Source of the DNA: a virus
Lineage: Duplodnaviria; Caudoviricetes
Reading direction: 5' to 3' (one strand)
Virus record (IMG/VR): IMGVR_UViG_3300025118_000067
Span: 1-35,308 of that record
Length of the DNA stretch: 35,308 bases
Position 1 is the first letter of the stretch; each line of letters begins with the position of its first letter. The translations under genes were made by a program, and so were the position numbers. Of the stretch, positions 18,243-25,798 are shown piece by piece. The notes below the pieces were generated by a model that was given only the letters and a program-made list of their open reading frames with translations, did not search any database and was not told the origin of the DNA.

Positions 18243-18373
18243 TTAACCTCCCAACCGACGATAGACCAACCAGAATCACACCCACTCAAAAAAGATATAA
18301 ATAAAAAAGCCACAAGAATAAGCCAAACCACTCCAGTGACCTTAATAAAGTCTTTTACAAGATCGTCATCCAT
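18239..18373 (-). CDS. Uncalled 44-aa lipoprotein (lipobox LSGC)
   Basis: MDDDLVKDFIKVTGVVWLILVAFLFISFLSGCDSGWSIVGWEVK; its stop overlaps the next start; alternative in-frame ATG at 18409. Confidence 0.65.
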   Translation of the reverse strand: MDDDLVKDFIKVTGVVWLILVAFLFISFLSGCDSGWSIVGWEVK

Positions 18374-18418
18374 ATCAGCCAATATAAACATACTTAACAG
18401 CAATACCATAAGATGTGC

Positions 18419-18550
18419 TTATTTCCCAGTCCATAAATACTCCCATTTTGTTTTAAACCAACTCTTCACCCTTTCTATTAATGTGGGCTTGGCAACACCG
18501 AGTCTCCTCTTGAGCCTCTCTATTCTCCTTACCCTCTGTAAGCGATGCAC
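18419..18550 (-). CDS. Uncalled 43-aa cationic amphipathic peptide
   Basis: GTG start: MHRLQRVRRIERLKRRLGVAKPTLIERVKSWFKTKWEYLWTGK; fills the gap in the operon; no clear RBS. Confidence 0.45.
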   Translation of the reverse strand: MHRLQRVRRIERLKRRLGVAKPTLIERVKSWFKTKWEYLWTGK

Positions 18551-18846
18551 GTTGCTGAAGAATTTGTATGATTAATGATCCCGCTAAAGCTACCATATAG
18601 TATTTCACCCGGAACCATGTAGAACCAACTTGTGATACTGTCACCAATATTTGATGTTACCTTCAGTTGCAGGAACTCAACAGCGGCATCACCACCACCC
18701 TTGCCTAACGCCTGTATCGCTACCCAAGCACCCGTATCGGGAGTAACCGTATTCGTGTCATGCTCCGCTATTACATCAAATCCATTCTGCCCTATCGCTA
18801 ACGATAAAGCCTCAGCCGCAGTGTATTTATATAATCCTTTTGGCAT
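18529..18846 (-). CDS. Small beta-sandwich protein, probably virion-associated
   Basis: AGGAG RBS; PGEILYGSFSGI...CIAY pattern. Confidence 0.7.
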   Translation of the reverse strand: MPKGLYKYTAAEALSLAIGQNGFDVIAEHDTNTVTPDTGAWVAIQALGKGGGDAAVEFLQLKVTSNIGDSITSWFYMVPGEILYGSFSGIINHTNSSATCIAYRG

Positions 18847-18855
18847 TACTGTCTC

Positions 18856-19146
18856 CTATATTACCATCCACCAAGCAATGGCAGTTTCCACTATTAGGTC
18901 AGATGCTGTGTTATAGGCCCATTTCTCTTTTGTTTTATACGGGCCATAATTCTCTACGATCCATTCAAATATTTCCCATAAGACACCAATGATGAATACA
19001 CCCATCACACACCAGAAATCACTCCAGTGCAACCATTGAAATATCTTACATAGAAATGCACCTGCGGCAATATGATAAGATGTCCAATGATCTAATTGAC
19101 CAGTAGACAACTGCCAAGATACCAATTTTGCTAGTGGGCTATTCAT
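18856..19146 (-). CDS. Small multi-TM protein with D/H...WExxE...D motif (VanZ/DUF2238-like)
   Basis: LDHWTSYH, GVLWEIFEW and NTASDLIV within three hydrophobic segments. Confidence 0.65.
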   Translation of the reverse strand: MNSPLAKLVSWQLSTGQLDHWTSYHIAAGAFLCKIFQWLHWSDFWCVMGVFIIGVLWEIFEWIVENYGPYKTKEKWAYNTASDLIVETAIAWWMVI

Positions 19147-19358
19147 TACTTAGAGCCAAATACCTTTGAGAAAAAGCCTTTTTTCTTCTTTTTACCCTTA
19201 CCAACTATCTTCTTGCCCTTCTTCTTTTTCTTCTTTACATCTGCATCTGCAACATAAGTTGGATGATCCTCGATGACGTATTCTGGAGATGCTACATTCA
19301 CACTATCAACATCTGCCGACAATGTACATACCATCATTGCTGTTATAAATGTTCTCAT
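19146..19358 (-). CDS. Signal-peptide protein with poly-Lys C-terminus
   Basis: MRTFITAMMVCTLSA signal-like segment; ends KKKKKKGKKIVGKGKKKKKGFFSKVFGSK. Confidence 0.65.
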   Translation of the reverse strand: MRTFITAMMVCTLSADVDSVNVASPEYVIEDHPTYVADADVKKKKKKGKKIVGKGKKKKKGFFSKVFGSK

Positions 19359-19359
19359 A

Positions 19360-19812
19360 TTATACCCTCACATGTTTAGATACTTCACTCACGCCACGAT
19401 ATACAACACCTGTAATACGTGATAGAAGTTCTGATTTAGTTTCGCTGGAACCATACGAGATTCCACGCTTATCATAAAAATCTTTTATTTCTGCTTTGGT
19501 ATTATCCATAGTAGGATAATCTGATTGACTCGTAGCAACACCATTAATTACATGATGACCTCCTACTATCAATCGTCCATGTCCATCACCATGCTTCTTT
19601 GCACACTCTGATACATAGTATTCTTCTGCAACTTTAAAACTATTACTTTTCTTTGCTACAGTTCCATCTACATCTACAAAATAATCATAAGACGAAGGAT
19701 AAGTCAGAGTCTCAGTAGACCCATCTGGGTATGTCTTTACACGAGTCGCACTCGGGGTTGTATTTCTATGGAGCCTTACTCGATGACCCTGACTACACCT
19801 TCTTACAATCAT
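19360..19812 (-). CDS. Hypothetical protein with C-terminal HeH/LEM-like domain
   Basis: PTMDNTKAEIKDFYDKRGISYGSSETKSELLSRI. Confidence 0.7.
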   Translation of the reverse strand: MIVRRCSQGHRVRLHRNTTPSATRVKTYPDGSTETLTYPSSYDYFVDVDGTVAKKSNSFKVAEEYYVSECAKKHGDGHGRLIVGGHHVINGVATSQSDYPTMDNTKAEIKDFYDKRGISYGSSETKSELLSRITGVVYRGVSEVSKHVRV

Positions 19813-19885
19813 CTTCTATTGTATCCTTCCCATACTACCAAGTATGTCAATAGAGCGGATGCAATTAGAATGAGTGATATTAACA

Positions 19886-20161
19886 TCATGCTTCTACTTC
19901 AGCCTCAATTACTTCAGGTTCTAAGGCTTTCTTAAGCTCTGCTAAACCTTTTTGAAACTTCTCTACAAATACCTTTTCACACTCGATTAATTGTTGTCGC
20001 ATGAAAGCATTTGTATTCAGCTTGTTTTGTACATCCCTTACATGGTCTTGGTTTAACGCAACCTCACCTGCAAGTTCTCTTTGTGAATCAGTCATATCCT
20101 CGATAATGTACTCTTCTCCATCGAGATTCAAGACTGGCTTTTCTTTTTTGTCTTTAGCCAT
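19886..20161 (-). CDS. Small coiled-coil protein, possible tail fibre chaperone
   Basis: LNLDGEEYIIEDMTD followed by a coiled coil; downstream of the fibre; AGGAG RBS. Confidence 0.7.
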   Translation of the reverse strand: MAKDKKEKPVLNLDGEEYIIEDMTDSQRELAGEVALNQDHVRDVQNKLNTNAFMRQQLIECEKVFVEKFQKGLAELKKALEPEVIEAEVEA

Positions 20162-20181
20162 TGTTTGACTCCTTGTGTTAG

Positions 20182-20559
20182 TTATTCAGCGTATTTTGCT
20201 TTTGCTTTAGTTAGCAATGCAGATTTAGCATCACTATCTTTGTATTCTACGCTATGTTTACTTAAATATTTTTGTAGCTGTGCAACTGTCCAACTATCTG
20301 CTGGTTCACCACTTGGGTGTCCATTTTGAGAAACATAGTATGCTTCTTTTTCATCATTACCCCATAATGCTTCAGCAACTTTCTTTACCTTTGCATCTTC
20401 TGATGTAAGAATAGAGTTTGGATGTACAACGTGCCGATGATAGCTAACACCACCAATCTGCTTACCATCATCCATTACCTTTGTTGCTTGGCGAACTTGT
20501 ATTGAGTATTCGCCAACAACTTCTATTTTATCTACTTCTATTACTTTTTCTAAAGCCAT
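20182..20559 (-). CDS. Tail fibre assembly-like protein fused to a HeH/LEM-like domain
   Basis: DKIEVVG..IQVRQAT...SYHRHVV...LW pattern directly after the fibre; C-terminal WTVAQLQKYLSKHSVEY...KSALL. Confidence 0.65.
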   Translation of the reverse strand: MALEKVIEVDKIEVVGEYSIQVRQATKVMDDGKQIGGVSYHRHVVHPNSILTSEDAKVKKVAEALWGNDEKEAYYVSQNGHPSGEPADSWTVAQLQKYLSKHSVEYKDSDAKSALLTKAKAKYAE

Positions 20560-20614
20560 TTTTGACTCCTTTGTTTGTTATTCGTTTCCAACTATATATC
20601 CATATAGTATTGAA

Positions 20615-23600
20615 TTATGCCACTCGATAAGAGACACTTATCATAATATTTCCATCAGCAGACCATTCAGAGGCTGTCATAGCCGATGCTCCTGTCGTAG
20701 CATCCCAGACATTTAGATTTATATAGGTAGTGTTAATCTGTCCATGATAGTTGACTGAATGTCCCGCTGTGATAGCCAAACCATCACAACGAGCCCCTCC
20801 CCCAAAGTAAGCCGCATTATCATTAGCAATGGTAAACGGAAGACCCGTCAATCTAATAGTTTCGCTTGACAAACCTTGAAGGTCGGTGGTTGCAAAAAAA
20901 CCAGTGACAGTAACCAAATTTCCAACTCTCGTATAATACCCAGTATCCGCAGATCCGTTCATCGTCATAGGAGTTGTACCATCAGAAATCACACCATCCC
21001 AAGTCCCCGTCTCATAAACCAATCCATCATCTTCACCACTTGGAGCGTTTTCTACAGATGCACCAGTTACAGTACCATGTAAATCATTACCTGACTTATC
21101 AAACCATTTATCACTTGCTACTCCAGACCCATCGTATTCTGCGACTGCACCGATTTGGGTGAGAAATAGATTATCTAAAGTTATAGCATCTCCACTCGAT
21201 GTAGCTTTAACTCCTATCCCAATAGTATCAAGACCATATGGAGCTGTAAACTCGATTGATTTTCCTGTGCCAGCCTCGAAAGTCCCTAATGTAGTATACG
21301 CACCTGTCCACGCAATTAATGTAACTGTTCCTGTAATTGATGTAGCATCGTAAACAAATCTGTATCGTTTTCCAATTTCAAGGTTTGCCTGTGCAGGTGA
21401 TAGATAACACCGCTGGTCTGATGCGTTAGCCGTTAAAACCATATTGTTGGACGGATTTGTTTGACTATTCCAATTACTTCCAGAAACCCAGTCTCCAAGC
21501 CCACTTGCAAAGGTTGAATTGTCTCCCGTAATCAGTGCAGTCTGATTCGCACCTTTATATTTAAAAGGTACTGATGCACCAGAGTAGAGTTCTTTTACTT
21601 CGGTGGCTGTTAATAAATTATTAAATACTCTTGCGTGATTAACTTCCATTTCAGCAAAGTTTGATTCTTGGTCGTTAGTTCCAATTTGAAAAGGATAGCT
21701 ATTAGAAGCATCTCCTGAAGCTCCTGAGATAGTAGTTGTTCCATCTGCTACTCCATCTACATAAACAGTAGCACTTGCACTTCTATCGAATGTTATACAA
21801 ACGTGATGCCAAAGACCATCTGCTATTGTTTTGCTACTTTCTGCAATTAAAACTCTTGTATTATTTCCAACTATTCTTCCAGCCAGTTTGTCATTAGCAC
21901 CAACTTCCATTGAATAGCCTTCTAATGCAGAATTTGTATGGTCTATTTTACCTAAAATGGTTTTATTAGCACCAACAGATGGTATTCGTACTAATGCTTC
22001 TGTAGTAAAATCATTTGTAGCAAAATCAAGATTAGCGTTATCTGCGACTTCTACCTTATCATCCACCCCATCAAACCGATAATAAGGAGATGACATTGTA
22101 TTCGCTACATGGTTAGGTACATTTTGAGAGTGAACATATGCACCTGAATCTTGAGACATATAAACATCAGTTACAGAAGCATTACCAAGCGTTACTGAGT
22201 TATCTGCTACGCCTGTTGTGGCGTATCCGACTACTGTTTGATTTGTTCCACTATTAGCCGATGGGTCTGAGCCAGCACCAATAATTGTATTTTGTACGCC
22301 CGTTGTAATGACATCGCCAGATTGGTATCCCACAGCAGTATTCTCACCAACATTCGATGCGGTATCTTGTGTAGTCAATGCTTGGTATCCAATCGCTGTA
22401 TTTTTATCGCCCTGATTTTCGGTCTTTAATGATTCAAAGCCGACAGCTGTATTAAATTCTCCACTCTCAATCGCACCCAAGGCACTATATCCTATTGCAA
22501 CACTTCCACTTGCCCCAACACCTACAGCGGCATCCATAGCATAGTTACCAATCGCAACACATTTTATAACAGCCCCTGTTCCTATGCCACCACCTAACGC
22601 ATCATAGCCTATTGCAACATTATCATCTGCTTCTGTTGAAGCCGCATCCAAAGCACCATAACCTAAAATGGTATTACGTTCTCCTGTTGTTAGAGCCACC
22701 CCAGAATTATACCCAACAGCCGTATTCCCAGCACCATCAGCGAGTGCGGTGAGAGCAGATGTACCAATGGCTACAGTTCCAGCTTGAGTAGCAGTACCTG
22801 AGTTCATAGCTAATTTACCTATAGCTACACAATCAACTGCGGATGTAGTTGTCTGTAGAGCATATCTACCTACAGCAGTATTTCCATTTACACCTTCCAA
22901 GTTCCAACCAGTTAATGTTCCGACAAGTGTATTATGACTCGCTGAACCCGACAATTCAAACCCTGCCTTAAAACCCACACAAGTATTATCACCACCAGTA
23001 ATAGCATTACCTGTTGCTTCCCCCATAGAACCATAACCGAGTGCAGTATTATTTTCCCCCGTAGTTACGCTTTGACCAGCAGTATATCCCACAGCAGTAC
23101 TGCCAGCACCAGAAGTGAGGGCGTTGAGTGCAGATGCTCCCACTGCAACTGCACCATCAGCGGCGGCAGTTACAACACCACTCCCCATTGCCGCATCACC
23201 AACGGCTACTAAATATCCACCTAAAACAGTTCCAGCACCGGCGTTCATTCCTATAAGTGTATTATTATGACCATCTTCGATTTCTAATCCCGCCTGTCTA
23301 CCCATCATGGTGTTACTATCCCCAGACGTTAAGCCATACCCCGTCCTATATCCTACCATAGTATTTTGAGTAGCATTATTTAATGTATTTTCACCAGCTA
23401 CTTGATGACCTATAAATACATTATAATTAGAGCCAGCATCTAAAGTTGCACCCGCACTTTTTCCAAATATGGTATTTGAAGTACCATCATCATTATTACT
23501 TAGTGAGATTCGGGAGTCGTTGTCTACTATCATATTAGTAGTAGTTGATGTACTATTGTAAGTTGATGCAGTAGCAATAGCAACACTTGTAGCGTGATTA

Positions 23601-24496
23601 CCAGAACCAGTTCCACCGCCTATATAAATTGTATTCCCTGCACCAGCAGATTGAGCAAACATTAAAGTGACTGGTTCTTCTGCTTGTTTATAGTGCATCA
23701 TCCCAATTCTGGCTTCTTTAATAGTATCGTCATCATCAGCTACATCACTCATCACTAATTGGAAAGCATCTGAATCTCCAATAATCTCAACCTTTCCGTG
23801 AGTAGGCGTTGCAGAATTAATCCCAACTTTTCCATTTGCGTCTACTACCAGTTTTTTAGTAGTGCTGTGGTTAGTTAATACATAAAATTTATTTGATGTT
23901 TGGTCATACCCTAATACTCCATCATCATTTTGCCCATCATCTCCAAAGTGTATTTGACCATGACTTCCATTGCCACTTAAAATAGTTATGGCAGTATTCC
24001 CACTATTTTCAACTGCTAAAACAGCATCAGAATGAGCAGAAATAGAACCAGCACTTGCTTTGAAAATGTGCATATTAGCATCTGGGTCATTAGTTCCAAT
24101 TCCCACGGAGCCATCAGTAAGAATCGTCATTACTGCATCACTTAGTCCAGCGGCAGTATTATCAGTATCAGTATTCTGTAAAAACGATATTGAGCCTCTT
24201 CCATAAGAAGCAGTTTTTGAATAAGTAATACCACCCTTAGCCCCATCACCACTATCACCAGCTTTAAATAGCACTCCAGTAGCAGAGCCTCCAGCTACCT
24301 CGTCATTCTCTAACGTCAATGCCTCAACAAAAGCACCATCGTTAGAGTTGGTAATCTTCATATCACCAGTTAATACTTCTGAATATGCGTAACTCCCATC
24401 ACCATTTACAGTTAAATCACCATCAATGGTCAAGTCACCACCTATTGTACCGCCAGAACTTAGAAATCCAGCGGAGCCTATTAATTTACCGATCAT
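20615..24496 (-). CDS. Tail fibre/receptor-binding protein (YadA-like beta-roll repeats, LamG domain, C-terminal tip domain)
   Basis: Many NTAVGY/NVAIGY repeats; FDGVDD...WHHV...VYVDG...ARVFNNLLTATEVKELY (LamG); terminal GYYTRVGNLVTV...LTGLPF. Confidence 0.88.
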   Translation of the reverse strand: MIGKLIGSAGFLSSGGTIGGDLTIDGDLTVNGDGSYAYSEVLTGDMKITNSNDGAFVEALTLENDEVAGGSATGVLFKAGDSGDGAKGGITYSKTASYGRGSISFLQNTDTDNTAAGLSDAVMTILTDGSVGIGTNDPDANMHIFKASAGSISAHSDAVLAVENSGNTAITILSGNGSHGQIHFGDDGQNDDGVLGYDQTSNKFYVLTNHSTTKKLVVDANGKVGINSATPTHGKVEIIGDSDAFQLVMSDVADDDDTIKEARIGMMHYKQAEEPVTLMFAQSAGAGNTIYIGGGTGSGNHATSVAIATASTYNSTSTTTNMIVDNDSRISLSNNDDGTSNTIFGKSAGATLDAGSNYNVFIGHQVAGENTLNNATQNTMVGYRTGYGLTSGDSNTMMGRQAGLEIEDGHNNTLIGMNAGAGTVLGGYLVAVGDAAMGSGVVTAAADGAVAVGASALNALTSGAGSTAVGYTAGQSVTTGENNTALGYGSMGEATGNAITGGDNTCVGFKAGFELSGSASHNTLVGTLTGWNLEGVNGNTAVGRYALQTTTSAVDCVAIGKLAMNSGTATQAGTVAIGTSALTALADGAGNTAVGYNSGVALTTGERNTILGYGALDAASTEADDNVAIGYDALGGGIGTGAVIKCVAIGNYAMDAAVGVGASGSVAIGYSALGAIESGEFNTAVGFESLKTENQGDKNTAIGYQALTTQDTASNVGENTAVGYQSGDVITTGVQNTIIGAGSDPSANSGTNQTVVGYATTGVADNSVTLGNASVTDVYMSQDSGAYVHSQNVPNHVANTMSSPYYRFDGVDDKVEVADNANLDFATNDFTTEALVRIPSVGANKTILGKIDHTNSALEGYSMEVGANDKLAGRIVGNNTRVLIAESSKTIADGLWHHVCITFDRSASATVYVDGVADGTTTISGASGDASNSYPFQIGTNDQESNFAEMEVNHARVFNNLLTATEVKELYSGASVPFKYKGANQTALITGDNSTFASGLGDWVSGSNWNSQTNPSNNMVLTANASDQRCYLSPAQANLEIGKRYRFVYDATSITGTVTLIAWTGAYTTLGTFEAGTGKSIEFTAPYGLDTIGIGVKATSSGDAITLDNLFLTQIGAVAEYDGSGVASDKWFDKSGNDLHGTVTGASVENAPSGEDDGLVYETGTWDGVISDGTTPMTMNGSADTGYYTRVGNLVTVTGFFATTDLQGLSSETIRLTGLPFTIANDNAAYFGGGARCDGLAITAGHSVNYHGQINTTYINLNVWDATTGASAMTASEWSADGNIMISVSYRVA

Positions 24497-24497
24497 C

Positions 24498-24890
24498 TTA
24501 AACCTCCACTATCCTGACTGCATGAGCAGTAGATGATGTAGAATTGAAATTAAACCTGATCACATCCCCAGAGGTACTTCTAATAGCAACTGGGACTGCC
24601 ACACTTGTTAGGCTCCCACCCGGAAGGATGAGGTCTATGTCAGCATCAATGTCAAGGTCTGAGGTTGCAAAGTTGAAATAAACATCACCAGCCGCATATA
24701 TGAGTATCTGATGTGTTCCCTGTGCGAGGTCAAAGTGCTTTGTGTTTCCAGTACTGGCACTTGAACCTGCCGTGATCTGGGCACCTGAGCTACCACCCAA
24801 GCCACCTGATGATGCGTCTGCAACTGAGAAGGTACCAGCCGCTGTGGTATTCAGTGCTTCGTGTGTTCTGAATTTTTGTAGATTTGCCAT
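24498..24890 (-). CDS. Small beta-rich virion protein
   Basis: AGGAG RBS; lies between the adaptors and the fibre. Confidence 0.7.
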   Translation of the reverse strand: MANLQKFRTHEALNTTAAGTFSVADASSGGLGGSSGAQITAGSSASTGNTKHFDLAQGTHQILIYAAGDVYFNFATSDLDIDADIDLILPGGSLTSVAVPVAIRSTSGDVIRFNFNSTSSTAHAVRIVEV

Positions 24891-25019
24891 TTTATTCTCC
24901 TGTTATATCACTCAGCTTGCGAGGCGAGAATGCTCCTTATCTGAGATCGTTTAAATATTGATAGAATTATGTATGCAATCTACTCCATAGATAGATACAT
25001 AATCAACCTGTTAGGTGTG

Positions 25020-25448
25020 TTATATGAAATTTGCTGGGACTACTGCTCTAGTACCCCCGGTCTTGCTTCGTTTCTTTGTACCATATTTTTTTATAGCTGT
25101 ATCAAATTTTCTTTCATGTTGCATCATAAGGCCCATGGATACCTGAGCCATTCCTGCATCGGACTCATTGCCAGCCTTGTCCATATATAAACATTTCTTG
25201 ACATAATCAACAATGGCAGAATGAAAAAGATTATCAACGTCTGGGGTATTGGTCACTGATGTAACCTTCTTAGGGTTCCCATAATAGTGTATGATCATAC
25301 CATTTGTCACAGCATGATCAAATGCCTGATACATCTTCCTAGAGGTTCTTGTGTCCCCTGATGAATCGTAAGTAGTGACCAGCCCTAAGTGATCCCCCCT
25401 AATAAAATACAGCGTTCTATTTTCTGGATACTTGAGATTGCTTGCCAT
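25020..25448 (-). CDS. Adaptor-like protein (resembles the C-terminal half of a head-tail adaptor)
   Basis: HYYGNP...TPDVDNLFHSAIVDYVKKCLY motif. Confidence 0.6.
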   Translation of the reverse strand: MASNLKYPENRTLYFIRGDHLGLVTTYDSSGDTRTSRKMYQAFDHAVTNGMIIHYYGNPKKVTSVTNTPDVDNLFHSAIVDYVKKCLYMDKAGNESDAGMAQVSMGLMMQHERKFDTAIKKYGTKKRSKTGGTRAVVPANFI

Positions 25449-25798
25449 TACGAAGGCTCCTTTATCGCAGATTCCGATGTGATGTCAAACATCAATGGCT
25501 CACCATCCAATGCTCTTGGCACCATGATGTAATCCCCTGCGTCATCCATAATATCAACCCTATGAACCTTATTGATACCCATCGCATTGCCAGATGAATC
25601 CGTAGCACTGTCTGAAATATCATAGAACATCTGATCTGCTACTATGTCTACCTTTGCAGACATGGACTTTTGAGAATACTGCCCAAGTTCATTGATCGCA
25701 TCATTGACCAACGACATGATATATGCCTCTGGTGCATCGGGAAATGTTTGTCTAACCCTACTTATTATTTGCTTTACCGTTAAAGAGTGAATTGCCAT
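25448..25798 (-). CDS. Adaptor-like protein (resembles the N-terminal half of a head-tail adaptor)
   Basis: LTVKQIISRVRQ...IMSLVNDAINEL motif. Confidence 0.6.
   Translation of the reverse strand: MAIHSLTVKQIISRVRQTFPDAPEAYIMSLVNDAINELGQYSQKSMSAKVDIVADQMFYDISDSATDSSGNAMGINKVHRVDIMDDAGDYIMVPRALDGEPLMFDITSESAIKEPS

Noticed and set aside
19815-19855. Sigma70 promoter TTGACA...TACAAT on the minus strand
   Set aside because: The spacer is 21 nt, too long.
20615-24496. Diversity-generating retroelement targeting the fibre tip
   Set aside because: No reverse transcriptase and no adenine-variant TR/VR pair was noticed; the repeats are degenerate protein-level repeats.
24903-24950. Hammerhead ribozyme suggested by CUGAGUGA
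   Set aside because: Spacing does not fit CUGANGA, and no GAAA or cleavage triplet is correctly placed.
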